DNA of 64,000 bases from the IMG/VR virus record IMGVR_UViG_3300028888_000054. One strand, written 5' to 3'. Below the pieces are notes generated by a model. That model worked only from the letters and a program-made list of their open reading frames with translations, had not been told where the DNA came from and searched no databases. The DNA is from a virus (taxonomy: Duplodnaviria; Caudoviricetes). Of this stretch, positions 7,775 through 17,547 are shown piece after piece; positions within the stretch are counted from its first letter, which is position 1; the number at the start of each line of letters is the position of its first letter. The position numbers and the translations under genes were made by a program.

Positions 7775-9300
7775 TAATTACTCCTTGGCTGGTATCTAAC
7801 AAGCATCGCCCTAATAGTATCTGGATTTGTAACCCAGTTTCTACTTCCAAACAAAATACCACCATTATCATCTGGATAAACTTTCATAAGATAAAAACCC
7901 GTCAAAAGTTTTTCCTTTATATGTTCATAGTATGACGCAAAGCAAGGAATTGTCAACTCCTCTCCGTTGCAATCTTCAGCAGTTATAAAAACCATCATCT
8001 TTCCATTCTTCTGCTGATGACATCTTAAATCTTTTACATGAACAAATACATAAGCAGATGCCTTATCTTCTTCACGAATTTCATTAAAATCTCTTAAACA
8101 CTTATTAAGAGATTTTAATTTTTCAATTTTTGCAACCATATCATCTGAGAATACTCCGTGAAAGAAACTACCACTAAGATAATTCTTTTCCATTTCCATA
8201 TATTCTTCATTTGAGGTCTTACCATCTAAATAATGATCTTCTACACATTTTTCCCAAACTTCTCTAAGTTTGTCTGGATTTTTGCTTGTCTTTTTATCAA
8301 CATAAAATTGCTCTGTGATTTTAAGATACTTTTTTCTTTCACCTTCAGGTATTAAATCATCAAAAGCACCACCACCAATTAAAGCAAGAGTGATTCTCTT
8401 ATTAACCTTAGTTCCAAGAGTTTTAATTATAAAATCAATAATACTCTTATAACCACCTTCTCTATGTTCTATAATGTTCTTTGCTGGTTCTTCACCAACA
8501 CCTTTAATTTCATTAAGCCCAAATCTTATTTCTTTTTCAGAAATTGGAGTAAAGTGAAGATTAGAACTATTTACATCAGGTGGCAAAATTTTAAAACCAT
8601 TTTTTTGAGCAGATTTAATAGAATCTTTTATAACATCATTTTTTGTTGCGTCATATGTTAAAGATGCAGCCCAAAAATATGGTTTAAAATAACGAGACAT
8701 ATAAAGAGTCTCACAAGCAACATAAGTATATGCGGCGGCGTGAGATTTATTAAAAGAATAAGCTGACAAAGTAATAAGATCTGCAGTAAACTCATCAATT
8801 TCCGCAGTTGTTAATTTACTCTTCGCTTCTTCTTTAATTGTATTAACCAATTTATCCCAAGCGTCCAAATCTTCTTGCTTTTTATTTGCCTTACCGAGTT
8901 TCTTCAAAAGTCCACGCGCGTAATTACCCTTTATTTTTCCATTTGAGAGATCTTCTACGAGTTTCATAATCTCCTCTTGGAAGAGGATACAGCCATGAGA
9001 ATCTTTCAAGAATTTAGATATAGGCTCTGGATACTTTGATCCTTCCGTTCCGTTTGCCACGAAGTCGTCAAACGAGAACGAAGAACCTGGTCTCGACAAA
9101 GCATTTAAACAAGTGAGTTCGTCAAAGTTTTGAGGAATTGCTCTCTGAATCATACCAGATGCAGTATTACCTGAAAACTGAAATATATTCGCTTGACTCT
9201 CATTTACTTGTTGGTATAACTGTTTATCTTCATAAGACATTCCATAATATAAAAATTCTTTTAATTCTTGCTTACTGACATTTTCTTGTAAAATTTTCAT
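7774..9300 (-). CDS. dnaE: DNA polymerase III alpha, C-terminal fragment (fingers, HhH, OB); start probably 9300
   Basis: IFQF, ALSRPG, SHGCILFQEE, YSFNKSHAAAY, ILPPDVNSS, IRFGLNEIKGVGE motifs. Confidence 0.9.
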   Translation of the reverse strand: MKILQENVSKQELKEFLYYGMSYEDKQLYQQVNESQANIFQFSGNTASGMIQRAIPQNFDELTCLNALSRPGSSFSFDDFVANGTEGSKYPEPISKFLKDSHGCILFQEEIMKLVEDLSNGKIKGNYARGLLKKLGKANKKQEDLDAWDKLVNTIKEEAKSKLTTAEIDEFTADLITLSAYSFNKSHAAAYTYVACETLYMSRYFKPYFWAASLTYDATKNDVIKDSIKSAQKNGFKILPPDVNSSNLHFTPISEKEIRFGLNEIKGVGEEPAKNIIEHREGGYKSIIDFIIKTLGTKVNKRITLALIGGGAFDDLIPEGERKKYLKITEQFYVDKKTSKNPDKLREVWEKCVEDHYLDGKTSNEEYMEMEKNYLSGSFFHGVFSDDMVAKIEKLKSLNKCLRDFNEIREEDKASAYVFVHVKDLRCHQQKNGKMMVFITAEDCNGEELTIPCFASYYEHIKEKLLTGFYLMKVYPDDNGGILFGSRNWVTNPDTIRAMLVRYQPRSN

Positions 9301-9306
9301 GATTAA

Positions 9307-9335
9307 ATTATACCCCTGAAGCTTTATTTTGTAAA
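9307..9335 (-). promoter_or_regulatory. sigma70-type promoter giving a leaderless mRNA for the DnaE C-terminal fragment
   Basis: TTTACA-17-TATAAT, then 6 nt to ATG 9300. Confidence 0.65.
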
Positions 9336-10180
9336 TATGATTTTGATACAATTTTTACAATCCCATCGTCGTCTTCAATCTTTACAAGCTCTTCATCTAC
9401 AGATTCTACAGCATTTGAAATTACTTCCAAAACTGTAATTGCCAAAAAGTCATACTTAATTACTCCAAGTTCATCCAACTCTGTGTTTCCACCATTTTCT
9501 ACAAACGCAGATGCTACTCCATCCTTTGTATGAACAACTGGAATATATTCCCAAACTGGTTTATCCATAATAAGACATCCACCTGCGTGCTGACCAACCT
9601 GACGCACCTGTCCTATAATTTTTGGAGTAAAGTCCAAATATGCTTTATTTCTCTCGTAAGTTTCATAAAGAACTGGATGATTTTCTGCATACATTTTCAT
9701 ATTTTCTTCAAAGCTCAACTCTTCATCAAGTTCCTTACAGAAATCATTACTCTCTTTAAATGGCACTTCACACTTTCTGAGAATATCCTTAATTGCAGAA
9801 GCTAAACCAACTGTTCCATAAGCCGCTACGCCCATTACTCTTTCGGGGCCATACTTTTCAATAAGCATTTGCTTTGCAGCTTCTTTTGCTTTTGGCTCGA
9901 AGTCTGTATCAATATCCAAACCACCAGAACCGCCACGTTTAATCTGAACAATTTCAAGAGGCTTTGATAAATCTACTTTGTCTGTTTTACCCAAAAAGAA
10001 CGGAAGAACATATCTATCATCGCATCTTTTTTTTGAATTTAAAATTTCATCAGCTATATTTATTTTTTCATCTTCTAATAACCACTTTGCTCTTCTTAGC
10101 TCTTTAAGAGCACGATCTTTATATTCTGGATACTCTTTTATTTTTTGAGCAACTAATTTCTTTAAATCTTCAAAAGTCAT
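9308..10180 (-). CDS. dnaE: DNA polymerase III alpha, middle catalytic (palm/thumb) fragment
   Basis: LDIDTDF, RQVGQHAGG and GVIKYDFL motifs carry the three catalytic Asp residues. Confidence 0.9.
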   Translation of the reverse strand: MTFEDLKKLVAQKIKEYPEYKDRALKELRRAKWLLEDEKINIADEILNSKKRCDDRYVLPFFLGKTDKVDLSKPLEIVQIKRGGSGGLDIDTDFEPKAKEAAKQMLIEKYGPERVMGVAAYGTVGLASAIKDILRKCEVPFKESNDFCKELDEELSFEENMKMYAENHPVLYETYERNKAYLDFTPKIIGQVRQVGQHAGGCLIMDKPVWEYIPVVHTKDGVASAFVENGGNTELDELGVIKYDFLAITVLEVISNAVESVDEELVKIEDDDGIVKIVSKSYLQNKASGV

Positions 10181-11124
10181 AAATTTTCCTCTAAAATTTC
10201 TTCTATAATTTTATAATCCCAATAAGGAATTGTCAATAATTTTATTTTTTTATTTTTTGCAAAACACTTTTTTATATCATCTCTTTCTTTTTGCTCTAAC
10301 AGATTTTTATTACCGCCAAAATAATCTATCGGTTTATAATGTTGCACACCTTGATACTCAATTAAAAGATTTTTGGAAGGAATGTAAAAGTCAAATGGTA
10401 ATGGTTTTTGGGCTTTTCCGCAACAATCTTTGAAAATAAATTCTTGATTATAACTTATTCTTTTTGCTTCTAAGTAGACTCTAATTTTTCTTTCACCTTT
10501 ACTTTCTCTGCATTTTGGGCAACTGTTATTCTGGTTTTCAGAAATATGATGCATTGGTGTTTGAAAAAAACTTCCGTGTTTTGGGCAAATAATTTCTATT
10601 TTTGTATGATTATTTATATAATTTACTTTTGAGTAATCATATCTATCACCATGAATTTCTTTTGCTTTTTTAACAAACTCTTCTGTTGTTAATCTTCTTT
10701 TTAAGGATCTATCATCTTGAGCGCATTTTGGACACTTATCTCCGCTTAAATGATTTGTTGGTGTTTGAAAAAAACTTCCATGTTTTGGACAAATAATTTC
10801 TATTTTTGTTTTTGCATTTATATAATTTACTTTTGAATAATCATATTTATCTCCATGAACTTCTTTTGCTTTTTTAACAAACTCTTCTGTTGTTAATCTT
10901 TGCTTTTCCCCTTTTTCTTTAAGTTTTTGTTTTCCACAGTCTGGGCACCCTTGTCCTCTAAAATGCTGTCCAGGAGTCTGTTTAAAAGAACCATGTTTTG
11001 GACAAATAATTTCTATTTTTGTTTGATAATTAACATAATTAACCATTGAATAATCATATTTATCACCATGAACTTCTTTTGCTTTTTTAATAAATTCTTC
11101 TGTTGTTAATTTTTTAGTAGTCAT
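10177..11124 (-). mobile_element. Free-standing homing endonuclease: three Zn-ribbon repeats plus a Vsr/DUF559-like nuclease
   Basis: 3x HGDKYDYS...ICPKHGxFxQxP..H....CPxC; PFDFYIP...IEYQGVQHY; lies between dnaE fragments. Confidence 0.82.
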
Positions 11125-11162
11125 ATATTTATCTTGTTACCGATCGAACTTTTATAACAAAT

Positions 11163-12410
11163 TTATCTCTCGTTAAAATAATCATATTTTACACTCACTA
11201 ATCTTTCAGAAGATACAAACCTTTCAAACAATAATCCAAGTTTAATTGGATCAATTACCCAAGAAGTAATTCCAAGACAAGCACAAGTCAAACTTCCACC
11301 TGCAGAACCGCGCCCACTTCCAAGCATATACTCCTGCTGTTTTGCCCAATTAATTACAGAAGACAAATTCAACAAATAACGATAAGCACCCTTCTTTAAA
11401 AGAGTCTCAAGTTCTAGTTCAAGTCTGTCCTTATATTCTTGTGGACAATCATCATAATCACAACCAAAATGCTTTGCCAGTCCTTCTTTTGCAAGTTTTA
11501 CAAAATCTTCTTCCTCATCAAAAGAGAATCTTGGCAACTTCATACCTGTCCCCAAAGGAATAACAAAATTGCACTTTTCTGCAATCTTATCTGAATTTGC
11601 ACACCATTCTTCTATTTGTTCATCTGTGTATCCATAATTCCAACCCTTGTTAAACTGCTTGAAATCATCTACGCTCTGATAGAACAATGATTTACACTTG
11701 TATGTATCATCTCCTTCTGAATCTTCATCTTTTCTAAGATTGAAAATAAATCTCTGAGTTTGCGCACCTTCTCTTGTTGCATAATGCACGTCGCCCGTAA
11801 TTACAACGGGAACGTTATATTTTTCTGCAATTTTTATAATCCAATCATTATATTTCTTTTGGTCTTCTACAAGTTCGTTTAACTGAATTTCGGCATAAAA
11901 GTTTTCGCCAAACTCATCAACAAATCTTTTAAAATAAGCTTCTGCTTTTTCTTCATTGCCTGCAAGAACGCATTGAGAGAATATAGATGCCAAACAAGCC
12001 GAGCCTACAATTATCCCTTCTTTGTATTGAAACAATTCTTCAAATGTATTTCTTGGTTTATAATAAAAGTGATCTTCATCAATGTTTGAGATATAATTCA
12101 AATGACAAAGATTTTTCCAACCAGTTTCATTAGAAGCCAAAAGAATAATATGATTATAATGAGTTCTCTTTCTTTTCTTACCTTCCATTGTTACCAATTC
12201 TTCTACAAGATATCCTTCCATTCCGAGAATTGGTTTTACACCTTTTGAAATTGCATACTGTTGAAATTTAAAAAGTCCAGACATCATTCCGTGGTCTGTT
12301 AAGGCAAGCGCTTTATGCCCATTATTTACTGCCTGATCTACTAATTCTGTTACTGAAGATACAGCGTCATAAAATGACCCCTCTTTACTATGAACATGTA
12401 AATGAACCAT
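11163..12410 (-). CDS. dnaE: DNA polymerase III alpha, N-terminal fragment (PHP domain and start of palm); start 12410
   Basis: HLHVHS, ALTDHG, GDVHY, GRGSAGGSL, LLFERF motifs; GAGGTG RBS. Confidence 0.92.
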   Translation of the reverse strand: MVHLHVHSKEGSFYDAVSSVTELVDQAVNNGHKALALTDHGMMSGLFKFQQYAISKGVKPILGMEGYLVEELVTMEGKKRKRTHYNHIILLASNETGWKNLCHLNYISNIDEDHFYYKPRNTFEELFQYKEGIIVGSACLASIFSQCVLAGNEEKAEAYFKRFVDEFGENFYAEIQLNELVEDQKKYNDWIIKIAEKYNVPVVITGDVHYATREGAQTQRFIFNLRKDEDSEGDDTYKCKSLFYQSVDDFKQFNKGWNYGYTDEQIEEWCANSDKIAEKCNFVIPLGTGMKLPRFSFDEEEDFVKLAKEGLAKHFGCDYDDCPQEYKDRLELELETLLKKGAYRYLLNLSSVINWAKQQEYMLGSGRGSAGGSLTCACLGITSWVIDPIKLGLLFERFVSSERLVSVKYDYFNER

Positions 12411-12432
12411 CTTTTCACCTCTTTTTCTTTTA

Positions 12433-12461
12433 ATTATACCACAAATAAAAAAAGCAGTCAA
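12433..12461 (-). promoter_or_regulatory. sigma70 promoter with extended -10, embedded in a terminator (12447-12476)
   Basis: TTGACT-17-TATAAT with TG-n; GCAGTCA / TGACTGC hairpin. Confidence 0.7.
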
Positions 12462-12495
12462 GACTGACTGCTTTTTGAGTTCTTATGTTACGGCG

Positions 12496-12906
12496 TTATT
12501 CGTCAAGGAACGGTTTTCGCCATTTTGCTGCTGGTTTTACAGTAAACCAAGTTGGCTTTACAATTTCTATTGTTGCCTCATTAGTGCTACCAAGATTTCC
12601 TGCTATAGCAGGACATAAATAAAGATCTATTCCATTACTCTTAAACTTTTTTAAAGTTTCCACAAACTCATCAAGAACAGTAACATCCGCATAAAGCGAA
12701 TCGCCTTCAACATGGAAATTTGTAATTGTGCCAACCAAATGTTCAATATCGGCATCATCTTTAAAACCATCATCTGGCACATTATCAACTAATGGAACAA
12801 TATAATCTCTATTTTCTTTTTCAAACTCTTTTAAAGTTTTTAAAGAATAATAATATCCATTTGCATTTACAATATCAGCTCTTAAAAATTCAACTGTCTT
12901 TTTCAT
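12496..12906 (-). CDS. Degenerate paralog of the prohead protease (gp21 fold), catalytic motifs missing
   Basis: FLRADIVNANGYYYSLKTLKE vs FSEADKMNRNHRIYPKHILKE in the 52754 protease; GELEH, STRCSG and IDVV motifs not retained. Confidence 0.6.
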   Translation of the reverse strand: MKKTVEFLRADIVNANGYYYSLKTLKEFEKENRDYIVPLVDNVPDDGFKDDADIEHLVGTITNFHVEGDSLYADVTVLDEFVETLKKFKSNGIDLYLCPAIAGNLGSTNEATIEIVKPTWFTVKPAAKWRKPFLDE

Positions 12907-13055
12907 TCTATTTCTCCTTTTTCTTTAAGTCTATCTATTTCTTTTTTAAAAGAAGGTGAGTTGTTATAGAAGTAATCAAACACCTCATCTTCTGGTATAG
13001 CCTCTAATTGTTTTAAACAATTATCAAGAATTTGTAAACTTTCTTCTTTTGTCAT
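12903..13055 (-). CDS. Small hypothetical protein, 50 aa (MTKEESLQILDNC...)
   Basis: Read manually; ATGA overlaps at both ends. Confidence 0.6.
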   Translation of the reverse strand: MTKEESLQILDNCLKQLEAIPEDEVFDYFYNNSPSFKKEIDRLKEKGEIE

Positions 13056-13399
13056 TTTTCAACCTCGTCAAACGATTCTACATATTTAAACATTTTCTTT
13101 GGTATAAGTTTTTCAAGTGAAAAAAATGTCCAAGCTTCGGGTTCACTACATTCAGTTCCTGAAACTTGCTTCCAACCTGATAAATCTGGCTCTTTTTCCA
13201 TAATAAAATCATTTTCATTTTCCCAAGCGTCAGTTTCTCGGTAAAATACCTCTGTATGCCCAATATAAGTAAAACCAATCTCGCCTCTGTCATTTCTTAC
13301 AGTAAGCTCTATAATATATTGCCTATAAACACCTTTATTTTCGTTTCCTATGCTGTCATAAGGAACTTCGTGCTTTGGAACAAAGTATTTTGCTTCCAT
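13052..13399 (-). CDS. Hypothetical protein
   Basis: ORF track; operon context. Confidence 0.6.
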   Translation of the reverse strand: MEAKYFVPKHEVPYDSIGNENKGVYRQYIIELTVRNDRGEIGFTYIGHTEVFYRETDAWENENDFIMEKEPDLSGWKQVSGTECSEPEAWTFFSLEKLIPKKMFKYVESFDEVEK

Positions 13400-13401
13400 T
13401 T

Positions 13402-13713
13402 TTAATCCTTAAATTTTGCAATGTCTTCTTTTGTTACTCCAAGATTTACAAGCAACAAATTAAGATATCCCATAGCATCAACTATATCATTAACGCGCGG
13501 TTGCTTATCAGGACAATTCTTAATTCTTGAAAGTTTATCATCAAGTCTTTGATAAATTCCATTAAGAGCTGGTGTATCTGGCCCCATAAATCTTGCAAAT
13601 AAACCAAGTGGCTGAGAACCAATATTACCATACTGAGCGTTTTTATATAACAAAAGATCTTGAACTCCCTCTGTTATTTCTACTATTTTATCCTGCACTT
13701 TTTCAAACTCCAT
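13402..13713 (-). CDS. DUF1599-like (nucleotide-modification-associated) helical protein
   Basis: KNAQYG...RLDDKLSRI...DIVDAMGY pattern. Confidence 0.6.
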   Translation of the reverse strand: MEFEKVQDKIVEITEGVQDLLLYKNAQYGNIGSQPLGLFARFMGPDTPALNGIYQRLDDKLSRIKNCPDKQPRVNDIVDAMGYLNLLLVNLGVTKEDIAKFKD

Positions 13714-13740
13714 TTAATTCCTCCATTAACTGTTTCTAAG

Positions 13741-14112
13741 TTATTTTCGCTCATTCACAACTCCTATCAATGGGTATGAAACATCGTCTGAGCAGTCGCA
13801 TTCCCAGTCTATTAAATAAACTCTTTCAAATTTTTCATTAAGTTTTTCAAAGACTGTCTGAATGTCTTTAAAATAATTAAGCCATTCTCCGCTACCATTT
13901 CTTCCCATATGACACTCAATAACCCAATACTTATTCTGATACTCATTTGGTATTTCTTCACCAAACCCGTTTGCTACTACTTCGGCAATTGTGTCAACCC
14001 AAAATCTGTCTTCTTTATCTATTTCATTAAAGCAATCTTTAATCTTTTTGATAAAATCCTCATCTTCAACTTTTAACCAAGTTTCATTATATTTGTTTTC
14101 TATCTTTTCCAT
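13741..14112 (-). CDS. Hypothetical protein, leaderless start 14112
   Basis: TTGACA-17-TATAAT at 14119-14147, 6 nt before ATG. Confidence 0.65.
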   Translation of the reverse strand: MEKIENKYNETWLKVEDEDFIKKIKDCFNEIDKEDRFWVDTIAEVVANGFGEEIPNEYQNKYWVIECHMGRNGSGEWLNYFKDIQTVFEKLNEKFERVYLIDWECDCSDDVSYPLIGVVNERK

Positions 14113-14217
14113 AAGCAAATTATATATAAATATATAAAATTTGTCAAGAACAAATTTTGCTTAAATCTATTTTTTTCGCATGTATTCAAGATAAAATTAA
14201 ACGGAGGTTTTAGTTTA

Positions 14218-15042
14218 ATGGCAGCAGATAAAAGCAAAAAACTTTCGCTTCTTAATGAAGAACTTGACGAAGAATCAGCAACATACATTCAAGAGTCAAT
14301 TGAAAACTGGAAAGAGGGTGTTATGGCCCAGCTTCAAGAAGAAGTAGAAAGAGCAAAAGCAGACAAACTAGAAGAACTGGAAGAGCTTAATCTTAGATAC
14401 CGTGAGCAGTTGGCAGAAGAATATTCTGACAAACTTACAACAGCTCTTGCAGAACTTAAAGAAAGTGTTAAAGCTGATGCTACCGCTAGCGTATTGAAAA
14501 ACAACCCAGAATTAAAAATTCTTGAACAAATTAAAGATTTGGTAGCCCCACTTCTTGATGAAAACTTCAGAGAAAATTCTTATTCTGATACAATCGCTCA
14601 ATTAGCGGAAGAAAACGCAGCTTTAAGAAGAGAACAGGAAATTACAGAGGGCGCACAAGTACTTGCTGAACTTCTTGCACCATATGCAGACACAACTCAA
14701 AAGTTGGTTCTCTCTATGATTAAAGAAGGTAGCCCAGAAGAGGTAACTGAACAATTCTATAGTATTATGGAATCGCTACAAGACGTTTTTGGTGAAGCTG
14801 AAGACGGCGACGATAACGGAGATGACGGCGACGACGATGACGACGCTAAGAAATCAAAGAAAAACGGCGACGACGATGACGATGACGAAAACGGTGACGA
14901 TGATGACGACGAAGACGGAGAAGATGATGACCTTGGTGAGTCTTTCTTAGACGAAGGATTCTATGGTGATGACGATGACGATGTAGAGAATGACAAAGAT
15001 TTCTCTAAAATCAAAAACATTATGAAGTCTTATATAAAATAA
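14218..15042 (+). CDS. Prohead core/scaffold protein (gp22-like) with Asp-rich tract
   Basis: Acidic coiled coil immediately upstream of the MCP; many L/I-x-E sites. Confidence 0.75.
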   Translation: MAADKSKKLSLLNEELDEESATYIQESIENWKEGVMAQLQEEVERAKADKLEELEELNLRYREQLAEEYSDKLTTALAELKESVKADATASVLKNNPELKILEQIKDLVAPLLDENFRENSYSDTIAQLAEENAALRREQEITEGAQVLAELLAPYADTTQKLVLSMIKEGSPEEVTEQFYSIMESLQDVFGEAEDGDDNGDDGDDDDDAKKSKKNGDDDDDDENGDDDDDEDGEDDDLGESFLDEGFYGDDDDDVENDKDFSKIKNIMKSYIK

Positions 15043-15061
15043 TTAGGAGGAAGATATATAA

Positions 15062-16555
15062 ATGCTTACAAATAATTTAGTTGATAAAGCGCGTTTTGAA
15101 GAGCAGCTTAACGACCGTTGGTCTTGGATCACAGAAGACATCGAAGATGCCGAAACAAGACTTAATACTCAATTGGTTCTTGAAAACTCATATAGATATA
15201 TGATTCAAGAAGGTTCTATTGCACGCAACTGGCTTGAAAATAACATTCTTTCAGAAGAAGTTATCGAAGAAGCGCCACAGATGAGAGGAGCAGTTGGTGA
15301 TTATGTAATCCCTAAAGTAATGTTCCCAATCATCAGACGTGTTATGCCAGAACTTATTGCTAACAAATTGGTTTCAGTTCAGCCAATTCAGCAGCCAACT
15401 GGTGTAATTTACTACATCAATTACGACTACTCAAATGACAAGGGAACTATCAAAGCAGGCAACGAATTCTCTGGTGCACCACAGCAGACAACTCCAGCTT
15501 TCGCTACATGGTACTCTTCAGAAAAAATTGGACCTTTTGTTGCAAAAACAGATAAATCTACTGGTGTAGTTGACTTCGGTGCACAAACTGGTATCACAAA
15601 CTTCTTGGGAACAAACCCAGCTGAATATAAAATTAAACGTTTCGAAGTTTACAACAGAACAACAGGTAAAGCAATCGCTACTGTTTATGGTGGAAGCAAA
15701 GATAACGTAACATTTGACCCTGCAACTGGTGCTATTACAGTAACAGTTCCAGCATCAGCATTCTTCGGCGACGAAGATAATGAATTTGAAGCATTCTTGG
15801 TATACGATCAGGAAGGAACTTCAAAGATTCCAGAGATGGAATTCCACATCGACCACATGAACGTTGAGACAACTGAACGTAAATTGAAGGTTAGATGGAC
15901 TAAAGAAGCTGAACAGGATATGATGGCTTATCACAAGATCGACGTAGAACAGGAGCTTGTAAAAGTTGCTTCTATTCAGACAAACTACGAAGTAGACCGT
16001 GAAGTTATCAGATTCATTGATGATCATATCATCTCTGACCTTTCTCAGATTCACAACTGGACAGACGACGCAGCAACTACAGGTAATAATACACAGGGTA
16101 ACTACCTTGATAGACACCGCTGCTTGGCACAGAAACTTTATGCTGCTTGTACAAAAGTAGCTACATTCAACCACCTTGGACCATGTGATTGGGCAGTTGT
16201 ATCTCCAAAGATTGCAGCAGTTCTTCAGATGCTCCCAGACTGGAAAGCAGGTGAAATCGCTAGTGGTAAATCAACTTACTACAATGCTGGTACACTCGGA
16301 AACGGTTCTTTGGCAATCTACGTTGATCCAAACAGATGCGGTGCTCAAGAAGACGAAATCACTCTTGGATACAAATCTAAGGATTCAACATACGGTGCTG
16401 GTGTAGTTTACTCACCATACGCTAACTGGATGTCAGGAACAGTTGTTAACCCAGACAACTTCAACAACGTAAGAGGATTCTTCAACAGATATGCTATTTC
16501 TATGGCACCTCGTGGAGAATACAACTACGCAAGAGTTAGAATTAACAACTTGTAA
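15062..16555 (+). CDS. gp23: Major capsid protein (T4 gp23 family)
   Basis: IRRVMPELIA, VQPIQQPTGVIYY, RKLKVRWTKEAEQDM, GVVYSPY, RYA motifs; AGGAGG RBS. Confidence 0.95.
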   Translation: MLTNNLVDKARFEEQLNDRWSWITEDIEDAETRLNTQLVLENSYRYMIQEGSIARNWLENNILSEEVIEEAPQMRGAVGDYVIPKVMFPIIRRVMPELIANKLVSVQPIQQPTGVIYYINYDYSNDKGTIKAGNEFSGAPQQTTPAFATWYSSEKIGPFVAKTDKSTGVVDFGAQTGITNFLGTNPAEYKIKRFEVYNRTTGKAIATVYGGSKDNVTFDPATGAITVTVPASAFFGDEDNEFEAFLVYDQEGTSKIPEMEFHIDHMNVETTERKLKVRWTKEAEQDMMAYHKIDVEQELVKVASIQTNYEVDREVIRFIDDHIISDLSQIHNWTDDAATTGNNTQGNYLDRHRCLAQKLYAACTKVATFNHLGPCDWAVVSPKIAAVLQMLPDWKAGEIASGKSTYYNAGTLGNGSLAIYVDPNRCGAQEDEITLGYKSKDSTYGAGVVYSPYANWMSGTVVNPDNFNNVRGFFNRYAISMAPRGEYNYARVRINNL

Positions 16556-16580
16556 TAGATTAGCCGTCTAAGCGGCTTCA

Positions 16581-16612
16581 AACCCCGTTCTTTTTGAACG
16601 GGGTATTTTTTT
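16581..16612 (+). terminator. Terminator of the capsid operon
   Basis: ACCCCGTTC / GAACGGGGT stem plus T7. Confidence 0.8.
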
Positions 16613-16619
16613 GTCAAAT

Positions 16620-16649
16620 AAAAAAGGCTACCAATTTGGTAGCCTTTTT
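16620..16649 (-). terminator. Terminator of the flagellin gene
   Basis: GGCTACCA / TGGTAGCC stem, the same stem as the terminator at 791-816. Confidence 0.8.
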
Positions 16650-16694
16650 GCTTTTCTCCTTTCTATGGCGAGAACCCCTCCGAAGTCGCCGTTT

Positions 16695-17543
16695 CTATTT
16701 TAACAACGCTAATACATTTTGTGATTGAGAATTTGCTTGTGACAACATAGCCACAGATGACTGTGAAAGAATCTGCTGCTTTGTATACTCTACCATTTCA
16801 GTAGCCATATCTGCATCTCTCACTCTTGATTCTGCAGCTTGTGTGTTTTCTGCTGCTATGTTAATACCTTTCTGAGCCATCTCCATTCTGTTCTGATAAG
16901 CGCCAAGATCTGCTCTCTGCTTATTTACATTCTTTAAAGCTTCGTCAAGAGTTGTAATTGTTACATTTGCCTCGTCAGGTGATGAAATAGAAATCTGATT
17001 ATCTTCACCCTGGACACCTTTCAACCCAAGAGCTGAAGCTGTCATTGTTCCAATATAAGCACGAATGTTTTGGTCAACATTTGCACCAACCTGGAATTGC
17101 ATTATACCATCAGACTCTCTTGAAAATCTACCAGTCAAAAGGTTCATTCCGTTAAACTGAGCAGAAGAAGCAATTCTATCTACTTCAGCAACAAGCTGAG
17201 AAACTTCTACCTGAATCTGCATTCTGTCTTCATCTGAGTATACACCATTTGAAGCCTGAACTGCAAGTTCGCGAATTCTCTGAAGAACATCAGTTGTTTC
17301 TGCAAGATAACCTTCTGCTACCTGAACAAAAGAAACTGCATCGCCAATGTTTCTTGAAGCTTGACTAAGACCTCTAATTTGAGATCTCATTTTTTCAGAT
17401 ACAGCTAAGCCAGAAGCATCATCTCCTGCTTTGTTAATTCTTTCACCGCTTGAAAGTTTTGCCATTGAGTTCTGTAAGTTTGCTGCATTAATTCCTTCTT
17501 GGCGACTAGCAAACAAACTTGCCATATTGTTATTTATTACCAT
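16695..17543 (-). CDS. flaB: Flagellin, spirochete FlaB type
   Basis: [65 protein letters not shown]; 282 aa with a short variable region as in Treponema FlaB. Confidence 0.95.
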   Translation of the reverse strand: MVINNNMASLFASRQEGINAANLQNSMAKLSSGERINKAGDDASGLAVSEKMRSQIRGLSQASRNIGDAVSFVQVAEGYLAETTDVLQRIRELAVQASNGVYSDEDRMQIQVEVSQLVAEVDRIASSAQFNGMNLLTGRFSRESDGIMQFQVGANVDQNIRAYIGTMTASALGLKGVQGEDNQISISSPDEANVTITTLDEALKNVNKQRADLGAYQNRMEMAQKGINIAAENTQAAESRVRDADMATEMVEYTKQQILSQSSVAMLSQANSQSQNVLALLK

Positions 17544-17547
17544 AGAC

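Noticed and set aside
9300-11163. Group I intron or split inteins in dnaE
   Set aside because: No non-coding space for a ribozyme core, and no intein N-terminal Cys/Ser block or C-terminal His-Asn at the fragment ends
14800-14990. GAY-rich microsatellite-like tract
   Set aside because: Explained by the poly-Asp linker of the scaffold protein
16695-17543. Flagellin as host-chromosome contamination or a prophage boundary
   Set aside because: Phage genes on both sides, a phage-type terminator stem and no other host housekeeping genes; read-level confirmation is still advisable
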